Position numbers and translations under genes: made by a program. A stretch of DNA of 34,334 nt from Squatina squatina (taxonomy: Eukaryota): positions 9,173,690 to 9,208,023 of the forward strand of contig JARFOE010000004.1 of assembly GCA_031763465.1 (NCBI GenBank). Direction: 5' to 3'. The notes beneath the pieces were generated by a model that saw only the letters and a list, made by a program, of their open reading frames with translations, ran no database searches and was not told the origin of the DNA. Shown here piece by piece: positions 11,828 to 23,878 of this stretch; the stretch's first letter is position 1; each line of letters begins with the position of its first letter.

Positions 11828-12010
11828 CTCATTGTAGGCCATGAATGACGGTTCATTCAGTATTGGGCCACCATTGCCCGGACCCAATATTGGAGCACCA
11901 ACACCTGTTGCAGAGGTGCTAAGGGTGAAACTACGTCCATATGTTGGGATTCCAACAATTTGTTTCTCTGCTGGGATACCATTGTCTCTCCAGTATTTTA
12001 GAACAAAGTC
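11828..12010 (-). CDS. CHIA: Internal exon of GH18 chitinase paralogue B
   Basis: ttgcag|GAC...GAG|gtaatt, 183 nt, phase 0/0. Translates [61 protein letters not shown], with the YW...G.P.EK..VG.PTYGRSF motif of vertebrate chitinases. Confidence 0.95.
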
Positions 12011-12060
12011 CTGCAAGATAATTCAGCTTGATATCTTAATTGAGCTTTTATAAACAAGAA

Positions 12061-12312
12061 GGGGACAAAATTGAATTGCACCCCATTGGGGTGCTTACGG
12101 AGCGGGAGCCAGTATTTCCTGTGCTGCCGCTTGCCCCGCCCCGCCCGCCGTGAAATTCATCGCTCCGGGATGCGTGTGAGCCACAGCCGCTCCCGGACAC
12201 AACTGGGGTGGCTGCCTCCTTACGTCGCTGGCGTGCCTTCAGCGACGTCAGATGCGCTGTATCAGCGTGCTGACGTAAACAGCACTGCCAAGCCTCCCTT
12301 AAAGGGGAGGGC
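12061..12312. mobile_element. GC/CpG-rich non-autonomous DNA transposon end (Harbinger-like), cut by a gap
   Basis: Starts ggggacaaaatt, resembling the reverse complement of the 33160 terminus (gggtgcaaaatt). Shares ttgcaccccatt and cttaaaggggagggc with 32431-32826. Confidence 0.65.
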
Positions 12313-15074
12313 NNNNNNNNNNNNNNNNNNNNNNNNNNNNNNNNNNNNNNNNNNNNNNNNNNNNNNNNNNNNNNNNNNNNNNNNNNNNNNNNNNNNNNNN
12401 NNNNNNNNNNNNACTCCAACCGTTTGTAAATCAAAGAATTTGGATGGACTTCCTGTTCTCAGGCCTCCTTTGTACACTAGAATCAGAAAGCCAAGCAGGC
12501 TGCCTTTCCAGAGCCTTAATCCCTCTTTTCTAAACATGCACACAGCTATAATCCATCTTTATCAGTTCTAATAATTTCAGAGTTGAAAGATTTTGTGTTT
12601 CTGAAATCAATGGCTGCCCCAATACTTTGTGAATTGAAGCAAGAAGACAATATCTGTCACACCCAGTCCTCTTTCTGGGATTCAAGTTCATCTAGGTGTC
12701 TTTCTTATATCTAAGTAACCCACAGTCCAATCTCTTTAAATGGATGAGAATTTTGTATTGTTCACTGGTTTGATAAAACTGTTTAAACCTCAGGAGAATA
12801 CCCTTACAAGGTTTGTACTGATTGTACAATTTATGGCTCTGGTGGAACTTAATAACCTTATGGCAAATGGGACTTTGTTTTAGGATGCCCTCGTTGTTCC
12901 TAATCACCTTTAACAACCAGACAATAATATTTCAGCAGACCAGGTTGAATTAAAGTATTTCCAGAGAGATCTAGGATAATGTAGCCACCTCATCAAGCAT
13001 GTAATGTCAAGCATTATTTTGTTTCTGCACAGCCCAAATTTNNNNNNNNNNNNNNNNNNNNNNNNNNNNNNNNNNNNNNNNNNNNNNNNNNNNNNNNNNN
13101 NNNNNNNNNNNNNNNNNNNNNNNNNNNNNNNNNNNNNNNNNTGCATACAGGGCCCAAAAATTCGCAGGGCTGTTTGCATTGCAGTAGCACCAGTAAGACA
13201 GGACTTCTACCTGCCGCTGGCCTCGCCTGATTTAGAGACAACTGCTGATCGGCACACTGTATTGTGCACCAGGAGCACCGCTTCCGTGTAGAACGAGTCT
13301 AAGTTATCGTGGAGGGAAGGAATCTTGTTGCTGAGGCATTTAAAATCCGGGGTGACAGAAGCCCCAACATTTTTTTTGGAGCTCCTTGTTCCTCTTGCCC
13401 CCACAAATATAAGTTTAAAATCTACCTTTTAGGGCCTCCGCTTCTTCCCTGACAGGCTTTAATGAATGGCGTGGCCATGGTGGCAGTTAAAATACTATTG
13501 GGATCCCAATAACACCATAGAACCCTGATTTGCATTTATTAATGAGGCTTTCACTTGAGTCAGGTGAGCCCCTCATTCGCCTAAAATAAGGACCCAGATA
13601 AAGCAGCTTCTTCACCCAGTTCAAGGATGGTACTATTGTTGGACTGTGGAAGTAAAACAAGTACAAAAGAATGACTCAGCACCATCCAAGTTATCTGGCC
13701 TGAAAAAAAAACATACATCATGGCCTGTTCATCTGAAAGGAGGTGTGTGCAGTTCTGAAAGTCAAATGATTCGGTTTGACCCAGGGGTAATTAATCTCTG
13801 TCTGTGTTTATGTGAGGGACCCAAACACTTTGCCTGGCCCTCAAACTTACTTGTCTCTCTGCTTTTAAAACTAAATCAATCAAGTTTCCCCATGCAGGAA
13901 AATCATGGAATAAAGAGACAATGGAGTGGAATGGAGAGAAGCAGGATTGATAGTGTCAGTGGGTTTTTCGACAGGCTTCTACAGCCTTCTGTGTNNNNNN
14001 NNNNNNNNNNNNNNNNNNNNNNNNNNNNNNNNNNNNNNNNNNNNNNNNNNNNNNNNNNNNNNNNNNNNNNNNNNNNNNNNNNNNNNNNNNNNNNACAAAA
14101 AGCAATTGGTTAAGCAGAGGCAACACGCTGCCCTTTCCCCTTCCTTATTTTGTTGGCTATTAGGCAGGTTTTCAAGGCTGCAAACATCTTGAGAGGACAG
14201 GGTAATGATCCCCAACAGTCTTGATAAGCTTTGCCTTTGAATGAATCCCTTCTAAATTTCATGTGCTAAAACTGTCATGCTTTGTACAGTTAGATATTTA
14301 TACAATCGATGTTATCTCTGTACCCATTGAATAGGACAGGCCTCAAGGTATTTGCAACTAGTTTCCATTATTCTGAAATTAATTAAAAGGCAGTATGTTG
14401 TCCTAATGAATCTCAAGTGGTCCCAATTTTTCTTCAGTCAATACTCAAGTGATATCACAAGAGCATCCCTACAGCCAACTATCAGAATGAAAATGCCACC
14501 ACCAAGTCTAATTTGCTAAACTTACACAAAAATAATTGCAGTTAATATAAATTGCCACTGCTAGCCAGTAGGGATTTATTTTCAGATTGGTAGAATGTAC
14601 AGGTCTCCTGTTTTTTACTGGTCCCATGCGACCTATTTGAACAGTTACAATCCTTGCTGACTTGTACAAGGTGCATTCATGTCAGATGCNNNNNNNNNNN
14701 NNNNNNNNNNNNNNNNNNNNNNNNNNNNNNNNNNNNNNNNNNNNNNNNNNNNNNNNNNNNNNNNNNNNNNNNNNNNNNNNNNNNNNNNNCCGCACAAAAT
14801 AAAACACCACAGAATAGTCTAATGCACTAATTACAGACGGAGATAGGTAGTGACTTAACAATCTTCTCAGACGAGACACTAAGAAAACTAAAAATTGTGT
14901 GTTAGAACTAAAAATTCTTTTGGGAGGGTGGTGGGGGCACAACTCTCTATGATGTTTCATGAATAGTCATGAAATGTCCAGACGGGACATTTTACTATAA
15001 GTTGAAAAGAGTTAACTGAAATGTTTCATGCTGTTTACATTTTACAGTTTACTGAAGAAAATTGACATGGCTAT

Positions 15075-15185
15075 GTGGAAAGAGTGAGGGACTGGGACTA
15101 ATTGGATAGCTCTTTCACGGGGCCAGCACAGGCACAATGGGCTGAATGGCCTCCCCCTATGCTGTGTCATTCTATGATTCTATGT
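15075..15185 (+). mobile_element. CR1/HER1-like LINE (or partner SINE) 3' tail
   Basis: ggcacaatgggctgaatggcctcc...ctgtgtcattctatgattctatg, with the terminal short tandem repeat typical of elasmobranch CR1 3' ends. Confidence 0.75.
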
Positions 15186-17076
15186 GAAAGCCATTTGAAC
15201 TACAGCACTGATCTGCTTGTAATTCTTACTTGTAATTTGATTAAATTAAAAGATTCCTTTTCTGGTTTGTGCCTGTAATTTTCTCATTNNNNNNNNNNCA
15301 TTGAAAAGTTAATTAGCTACCTGATTGAAAAGAATCCCGCCTGGTGTTACAGTATATCGATATCTGGCATAACTATAGACCTTGATCTGATGTTAGGCTG
15401 ACTAACAAAGGATGGAACTCAGTTTTGCATTGACACTTTTCCACTTGTACCTGGGTGCATGGGAGATTGAACTCCTGATATCAACAAATTAAACTTGTCA
15501 TTTTTGACCACTCAGTACTTATATAGTGCTCTGACTGTAACTGAAGGGACATTTGTTGCAGATACATGAAAAGTATGAGTTTTAAAATACACATGATCAT
15601 TTTTCCACAGCCCATTAATTTTTGTTAGCTTCATAGCAAGAGGATTTGAGTATAGGAGCAGGNNNNNNNNNNNNNNNNNNNNNNNNNNNNNNNNNNNNNN
15701 NNNNNNNNNNNNNNNNNNNNNNNNNNNNNNNNNNNNNNNNNNNNNNNNNNNNNNNNNNNNNNNNNNNNNNNNNNNNNNNNNNNNNNNNNNNNNNNNNNNN
15801 NNNNNNNNNNNNNNNNNNNNNNNNNNNNNNNNNNNNNNNNNNNNNNNNNNNNNNNNNNNNNNNNNNNNNNNNNNNNNNNNNNNNNNNNNNNNNNNNNNNN
15901 NNNNNNNNNNNNNNNNNNNNNNNNNNNNNNNNNNNNNNNNNNNNNNNNNNNNNNNNNNNNNNNNNNNNNNNNNNNNNNNNNNNNNNNNNNNNNNNNNNNN
16001 NNNNNNNNNNNNNNNNNNNNNNNNNNNNNNNNNNNNNNNNNNNNNNNNNNNNNNNNNNNNNNNNNNNNNNNNNNNNNNNNNNNNNNNNNNNNNNNNNNNN
16101 NNNNNNNNNNNNNNNNNNNNNNNNNNNNNNNNNNNNNNNNNNNNNNNNNNNNNNNNNNNNNNNNNNNNNNNNNNNNNNNNNNNNNNNNNNNNNNNNNNNN
16201 NNNNNNNNNNNNNNNNNNNNNNNNNNNNNNNNNNNNNNNNNNNNNNNNNNNNNNNNNNNNNNNNNNNNNNNATTTCAGGGCATTAGAGTGTAATTGATAG
16301 TGTAATCACAAGGCTCTTATCTAATCAAGAGGTTTTAGATAATGTCATAAAGCAGAAGAACAAACCTTAAGTCATTTATGCATATCGTCTGAACCCCAGT
16401 ACTACATTTTAGTCTTGTGATTCTTTCCCTTTTATCTGTTCTGAGTAAAAATGTAAAAGTAATGATTACAGAATCAGTGCTCTGCCTATCTCTAACCCAT
16501 GTTCCTGCACAGTGAGGTTCCACTGAGAGAAAAGTCTCACAAATTTATCCCTATGTGCTAATGTGACAATTTTTATACTTCTTCCAATTTTTGAGGTGCT
16601 TTTTGGAATCTGCGTGAGGCAAGAAAACAGCGCCTGTGTTTCATGTTGATCAGTTTTTTTTTCTCTTAATTTTTCTTGTTCTTTCTCTGTGTTGCAGTTC
16701 CCCTGCTGGTGGATAAAATCATTTTCCTCTTCATCAGTGAAACAAGAATCGACAGAAAATAACAGATGGATTCCATTTCTATAAGCCTTTTTTTTGCTGC
16801 TAGAATTTTTGAAGCACTGATTTATTTTAGGCCTTTGCGGGTTTCTGTATTGATATGACAACTGGTAGTACGACATTTAAAGGAGGACATTAAAGGTACT
16901 TGTGGTTGCACTGCTGCAATGAAATAATGAGCAGTACATTACTGGAAAATTGTGTGCTCATTATATGTTCTGTATTNNNNNNNNNNNNNNNNNNNNNNNN
17001 NNNNNNNNNNNNNNNNNNNNNNNNNNNNNNNNNNNNNNNNNNNNNNNNNNNNNNNNNNNNNNNNNNNNNNNNNNNN

Positions 17077-17137
17077 GCGGGCTCGACGGGCCGAATGGCC
17101 TACTCCTGTTCCTACTTCTTATGGTCTTATGGTCTTA
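17077..17137 (+). mobile_element. CR1/HER1-like LINE 3' tail
   Basis: gggctcgacgggccgaatggcctactcctgttcctacttcttatggtcttatggtctta. Confidence 0.8.
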
Positions 17138-19172
17138 TTCTGAATGATGATCAATGACTGCTGCTGTATTCTGTGAAAGACCCTGAGCCAAAGGGATAAA
17201 GGAAAGGATTTGTAACTGCAAAGGTTCTTGCTAAAATCTCGTAAACAGTCAAATGCAGCAAGTGTGTAGACTTAAATAATTTAGGCATAGATGATTTAAT
17301 TAAGAATTAAAGAATGCCCTCAAGTGCTGAATACTCTTGTTGCTTGTGGCATTTCCGCGCATATTATCATTTATTCTGTATTCAAGTAGGAGCCTATCAT
17401 TAAGTATTAAGCTAGAAAAGTTGAAATGAACAAACTGATTGGCAGACTTGCCCGCTGTGCTTCATTCTGTTGAATGTCTCCTATTAACGTACATTGAAAA
17501 CCTTGACCTTTTCATGCTATTTGCATGGAAAGCTGACTTTCTCTTCTCCTTTACGCAGAAAATGCTCTATTCAATATTGTCCTACTATGAGGCAAAGAAA
17601 AATAAATAAATGGAGTTTTCCCACTAAGCAGACTGGATCTGTTTCACTGCATCAATTCAAGTAAATGCGCCACTGATGATTACAATCCTTTCCATCAGCG
17701 AGAACCAGAGTCATTTTATTTTAACATCATTGTATTTAAGGGCAGTCACATCTGTTCATCTGGCAAATCCAGGATGCACAAAGACAGGAAATTATGATAG
17801 ATTACATGAAAGAGATCAGAGGAGTGTCTGCTGCTGTGCTGATGATGTAACATTAAAGATTTCATGTGTGTTATCATCAAAAGCAGGGTTTCTGAGCACC
17901 CGAGCCTCCCCTGCACATCTTGTCACTCCCCATTCTTTGGCTTTGAACAGCATTCAGTCACAGTTGGTTACATTATTATTTCCCTACCATCCTGTTGAGA
18001 CACTTTGGGAGAGCCATATGGTCCAACAGCAGGCTTTGACTAATCCATCTGAAGTTGATATTGAAGCTGTTAGGAAAGGTCCCAAAATGTCAAGTGATCT
18101 GAAGAAGAGCCCAATAAACCATCACCAAAACTCTCTTCTCCAACCTTACATCAGGTGAAAATCCCCTGAAGGGATGTCTTGTTCCTCGCAGCCTTGTCTA
18201 ATGGATGGTTTGACATCTGTTCAATTGTATGAATTATGCACATAGAGATACTATCATTTTATTTGAAGAAACTCACCACAGGATTGACTAAAAAAATTAA
18301 GGTCTTACTTTATAATCTTCTCCTGCGATACAGAGGCTTTCAATAGATACGTAATTTGCTATCAGCTGCATACAGATCTTCATAATAAAACTGCAGCAAT
18401 GCATTTTCAACCATCTACTTTGTCAGTTTCAGGCTCATTTAATAAAAGACAACTGACTATCCAATAACACTTCCACATTTGAGTTATTTTATAAGCAGAG
18501 AAAACAATAAGCATGCATCCAATAAATTTAGATTACATATCGGAAATGAAAAAAATGGAGCTTTTAACATACAACAAAAACAAGCATTGCTCCATGAATA
18601 GGAGACTGTATTTGTATATGAAGATTTGATTCCAAACTTACGTCAGTATATCTCTTCTGTTTCTATTCACACATTTTCAATTGTGGGCATTAGTCAACCA
18701 TTGGAGATTTCCATTGCCCATAATGATAATATATGTGCAGGCACTAGTCCCATTTTTTGGGGAACGAGCACAAAAACAAGCTTTGCTCGTATTACTGGCA
18801 CTAAGCATTTTTAAAAGGCAATAAAGCAACATTTTAAAAATGTTCAACCTGATTTAACTACAAATCAAAACAGCAGCGAATAAGAGGGATTAGAGCATAA
18901 ATTAGCATTGAAGTGATTTAAATTTTAGTGCCAGTGTAAACAAAATATTTTCAAAGCTTCCTTGGAGTTCATTCAGGGCACCCAAAATTATTAACGTGCA
19001 TGATAAATGAAGCTACTGGCTTTGAATTGTCTTCATTTTGTATAGATATGCATTTTGTGATAAATAGTAACTCAAAAACCTAAATGTGGCATAAGCCACA
19101 TCACATAGTTAAATTGATGGCATGGTCCAAAACAGGGTCAAATAGTCTTTCTGTGATGAAGGGTGGTTTTGT

Positions 19173-19281
19173 AACATAGAAACATAGAAAATAGGAGCAG
19201 GAGTAGACCATTCAGCCCTTCGAGCCTGCTCTACCATTCAATAGGATCATTGCTGATCATCCAAATTCAGTACCCTGTTCC
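19173..19281 (-). mobile_element. CR1/HER1-like LINE 3' end, running into a gap
   Basis: aacatagaaacatagaaaataggagcaggagtagaccattcagcccttcgagcctgct is the reverse complement of the CR1 tail and is near-identical to 25201-25319. Confidence 0.8.
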
Positions 19282-21158
19282 NNNNNNNNNNNNNNNNNNN
19301 NNNNNNNNNNNNNNNNNNNNNNNNNNNNNNNNNNNNNNNNNNNNNNNNNNNNNNNNNNNNNNNNNNNNNNNNNNNNNNNNNTATTGTCAGTTTTTATATT
19401 CCTTGCTAGTTTGCTCTCCGTTTATTTTTGCTGCCTATGGTTGATTTAGATAAAAGCGAATACCTAATGTCCTTTGGCACTTCGGATCAGGTTTATAGCT
19501 GAGACCAGACTCTATTATCGTCAGTACTATTTACCTTTAGGTCTGCAATGCACCATCACTTTAAATTATTGTTACAAACATCAATATAAAATAAATGAAT
19601 TGCTGTAAAATGAATTTCACTTATCATTTTAGAAATATTGCCGGATGATTAATTTTAACCTAAATTGCAAAATCAGAGGTTCCTTTCAGAAGATCAAAAA
19701 AAATGTCAAAGCCCAATTGATCAAGATTATTCACTTATTTTAGCAGGTCTAATCTATTTAGCAACTTAGTGCAGGACACAGATGGCTAACACAGGTGCCT
19801 GGAAGTGTTTTTAAGCACAACCACTGTAATATGTGACATATTAATACTGAAATACAATTCCTGCCTTTGAAAGCTACACTATAATGCTTTTGCCTGAGGA
19901 AACAGAAGCTGTACGTTAATGTATTACTTGCCAGTCGAATCCAAATAACATAGTATACCTCAATCTGCTGAAAGGACCTTATATACCATAGATACCATTC
20001 TTTACAATTGTTGAGGGAACACTGGCTGTTACTTGAAAAAAAATTATAAAATACATATCAGGTATGATTTTCTCAAATTTGCCCTGGCACAATTTTGGAC
20101 GCCAGTATAGAATTTCCACATTAATGTCAATAGGATTAAATTCCCTGATATGCAATCCTGGCATCCTCTATACATTCTAAGTCAGATGTCTACCTGCTTA
20201 TTGTCTAAAGGATTTGCTGCAACTTTTGAAAATATCTGGTGCACGTCATTTGAAACAAACAGGGTAGGTTTACTGCTCCCACTAAAACTAAGTCAGGGCT
20301 GGGAACTTATGCAAATCTCTCCAGAAATGCAATGCGCTGACTCTACANNNNNNNNTCCAAGACTGTATTGGTGTGCTTCAGCAGAGTCATTCCATCATTC
20401 TGAGTCCCTACTCCTCCATTGCGCTTTGAATGGCTTTTTGAACCCTTTAGTGACCTTTGCCTTCATAGTGTTGGTGTTTTGCGGGAAGGAAGAATAATCT
20501 ATATCTTGGAGAACAGAAACAAGTGACAGCATCTGAAGGGTAAAGCTGCCATCTATGGCATTTCTATAAAATATTTCTATTTGTAGTTTATGCTGGAAAC
20601 TGTAAAAACTGTCACTAGTTCAGTGATTGGATGCTTATATCCCAGTCAAGGCTGCTGAGTACTTGGATGTTTTGAAATTTCGCAGTTGCACTGAATCCAG
20701 TGTTGTTACAACTTCTGAACTGCAAATATTCCAGCAGTGTTAAGCTGTTTAAGACAAAGAGATTTTCTTATACAGAATAATTTTGAAATCATCTAAATAA
20801 ATGTATGAAATTGTCGATTAAATATACTTTTTTGGCTCTATTTTCAAAGAATGTGCGAGGTGTAAATGCTTTATGGGCAACAGATATTTGCACTAATTGT
20901 AGGATTCTTAAACTTTTGTACTATTGTTTTTAGCTGGTTGCAAGTCATGGGGACAGACTGGCATAAAATCAATCCACAGAACACAGAGAGAGCAGGGCGG
21001 AGCTGAGTGTCGGTAAGTGCTTTAAAAAAGAGCGGGGTTTTTTTTCCCAAGGAGCCCANNNNNNNNNNNNNNNNNNNNNNNNNNNNNNNNNNNNNNNNNN
21101 NNNNNNNNNNNNNNNNNNNNNNNNNNNNNNNNNNNNNNNNNNNNNNNNNNNNNNNNNN

Positions 21159-21196
21159 GTCACCCTCGACCCCGAGGGACTGCCTAAGAGAGAGAG
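21159..21196 (+). mobile_element. Probable RTE-clade LINE 3' terminus
   Basis: gtcaccctcgaccccgagggactgcctaagagagagag is a short 3' end followed by a purine microsatellite tail at a gap edge. Family assignment is from recall only. Confidence 0.45.
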
Positions 21197-21626
21197 TATG
21201 CATTGATGGGCTATTCAGCTGTGGGAGGCTATACAACTGGGTCTCAAAATCCAGAAATGTACATTTCTCAGAGTCACTGGGGTGATCAGGAGCCGTATCT
21301 CGAGCTGGTTATATCCCCCTTCTTTGCCAAGTCACACTGAGCCCAGCACTCCCCTCCAAATCACGACTGGAGGTCAGCAGTACTGAGATGGCCGGGTCAA
21401 GCTTAGACCTCCCACATGTGGCTCACCCCCTGTTATCTTTTATGCCGCTCGTTCTCCTTTTGGAGGGCAGTTAGAAAGGGGTTGTCTTCATTCTTGAGAC
21501 CAGTGAGACGTGGGGGTTCTGGGCGTTGTCCGAAGCATGGGGTGCTTGGCTGTGATGCTCTCGCACGGTGACTAGTTTGGCAAGACGCCATTGTCTGAAT
21601 TCTGACCAGACAGCGACGATAAAGAG

Positions 21627-21730
21627 GAACTTGCATTTCTATAGTGCCTTTCATGACCTCGGGACATCCCCAAGCACTTTACAGCCAATGAAGTACCTCT
21701 GAAGTATAGTCACTGTTGTAATGAAGGAAT
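21627..21730 (-). mobile_element. DeuSINE-type SINE 3' tail
   Basis: aacttgcatttctatagtgcctttcatgacctcgggacatccccaagcactttacagccaatgaagtac. Confidence 0.75.
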
Positions 21731-23049
21731 AGATCACTCTCTCTGTCCAAGAGGATAGGAGGACCATTAGCAATGAAACTCATATCTACGGCAACACTTT
21801 TTTTCTTGTCAAAATGTAGCTTTTGGATGAAATAGTTTTACTCGGTTTCTGTAAGTTATATTGTTTGGGAATTCTCTAAAATCAAAACTGACTGCTGTCC
21901 CAGGCACAGTCATTATAACGTGGAATGTACATGCACTTTCACTTGTTTTATAGAAGGAGGTGACTTTTTTGTCTTCTAGCAAGTTCTTCTTCAGATTGCA
22001 CCACTCCTGAGATGCATATAAATTATTTGTGCAAATTCTGGTCCATATTGTTTCCAAGCTTGCTATATTATTAAGTATGAACCAATGATTGCCGAATATG
22101 TAAAGCAGCCATGGTGAATTATGGATATCTGGGAAGGAATTAGAAGGTAGTAATCTAATCGCAAGGTTAAGATCGAATAATAAACCATAAAAATAAAGCT
22201 TGGACAGTTTACGAATGTCACTTGTGTACTATGATTGGATTATTATCTCTAATTCCACTAAATAATTTAATATTGTTTGTGGTAGATACTTTTTGCTGTT
22301 TTGGGGTATGCAAACTTAAAAGTGTTGGTTTTATTGATTTGAGTATTTTGTGACTGTCCATTTTTCAGTGCAGCTGAGATCAGGTCGGGACTCAAAAAAG
22401 AATATATGGTGGTGTTCCTATTTTTGCTTGACATTTTCTCATCATTAGTAAACACTGAAGATTTTTGTAATATCTTTGGAGTGAAGTGAATAGTGGCCAT
22501 TTCTTTGATGTGGGAGGGTCAATCCTGATCGTGAAGATTAAAGCAAAACTGCTTGATGTAGGGCATGAGCTATTACACAAGATAGTGACATAGGACATAG
22601 GGGATTGCTGCTGACAATGATGTAGGGCCTGTCATACTGCAAGGTTATTTCTGCAGTAGTTTACAGGCCAGTATACTACATAGTGTATATTATAAAGTCT
22701 TGGTGTGTCAAGCATCACTTTCTGAAATATTAGACTTACATGTGGTGAGATATCACTGTAAAACAAACTCCTCTTATGCTTTCAGCTATCGGAAATTGTC
22801 AACTATCCTATATTATTATTATCCGCATTGGCCAACTTCCTGTTCATAATTGCTATTAGTGTAACCTTCAACTGAACATCAATATGCTCTCACTATTAGA
22901 CTTAGCTCAGTGTATCGTGCATTTAGAATGGAAAAATAAAAGGATCTTCATTGGCAACATAAAATGCTGGGAATGTCAACTGCAGAAACGTTTGTAAATG
23001 AATATCTGGAATTATATCATCCATCACAGTTGCTTTTTGAGGAAACAAT

Positions 23050-23878
23050 GGCCCAGGATTTACTGTGAAAGTAACAGTGAGATGAACAGTTATTTATTTG
23101 CAGATTGGACAGCAACTCGCCCGGCAAGCACACCTACACAGTAAAACACGAAAATCCAAAAGTTGCTGTCTGAGATGCCCTGCACCTCCAGAAGCTTTGT
23201 GAAAACGGCATCTCGCCAACTGACTCACCATTCAAATAAACTGAACAGCGTGAAGTTCCTGTGCTTACATGGTAAATGCAGACTAAACTTGCCACAAAAT
23301 GTTCTGATGAATGATCACAGACCTGAAACTTTAGGTCTGTTTCTCCCTCCACAGATGCTGCCTGACTTGCTGAGTGTTTTCAACACTTTCTGTTCGTATC
23401 ACAAAAAGTTAGGCTTTGTCCATTCCAATCTAAGTAACCTTTTTAACAATATGATAATTGTTGATTACTGCCAATCAACCTCTCTGGCACTGAAAATTCA
23501 CTTTTACAATCTCACTCCTTCAGCTTTTAATTGTTGGAGAATTTGTTAAAAAAAAAATTTTCTTTCTGTCTCTTTTTTCTCTCTCTCTTAATCCAAACTT
23601 TCTATTTCCCTCTTTATTTTGCTTTCTGCACCTGATGTGACATTGAATTAAATACTGTAACTTACACTTCCTGGTTCAGACTATGCGCTGCTCATTAACG
23701 ATCCTTCAAACTGATTGGTTAAGGAGATACAGTTGTTTGCCCTGTTCACACAGGTACCAGATACCCTGTAGAGGGCATTGCGCCATTTCCATCTCTAATT
23801 TACAGCAATTTCCAACTCAAAAGCTCATAGAAATGAAATGGGCACTGTTCGTTTGCCGCTCACAGTAAATTTGGAGTA
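23050..23878. mobile_element. Putative non-autonomous DNA transposon with decayed TIRs
   Basis: Left end atttactgtgaaagtaacagtgagatgaacagt resembles the reverse complement of the right end, atttactgtgagcggcaaacgaacagt. Confidence 0.45.
23301..23394 (+). mobile_element. Short Penelope-like element terminal fragment with a decayed hammerhead-like core
   Basis: ctgatga..acctgaaac...tctccctccacagatgctgcctgacttgctgagtgttttcaacactttctgtt resembles a repeat I recall as abundant in sharks and rays, and has the CTGATGA...GAAAC arrangement. Confidence 0.6.

Noticed and set aside
13735-13800. Minus-strand FDFQNCTHLL resembling chitinase DP.LCTHLI
   Set aside because: There is an in-frame stop just upstream and no CYFTNW or YAFA context.
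15646-16293. Long ORFs containing X runs (also 12071-12571, 29478-30089, 31615-32049 and others)
   Set aside because: They are artefacts of translating through N gaps.
17676-18158. 160-aa ORF
   Set aside because: No motif, no exon signals and low coding-like character.
20630-20670. Minus-strand SSLDWDI as the chitinase catalytic motif
   Set aside because: Does not fit FDGLDLDWEYP, and flanking residues are unrelated.
22095-22135. Minus-strand HNSP after a cag acceptor as the chitinase GHNSPL exon
   Set aside because: Lacks the preceding MTYD.HG.W motif and the position within the exon is wrong.
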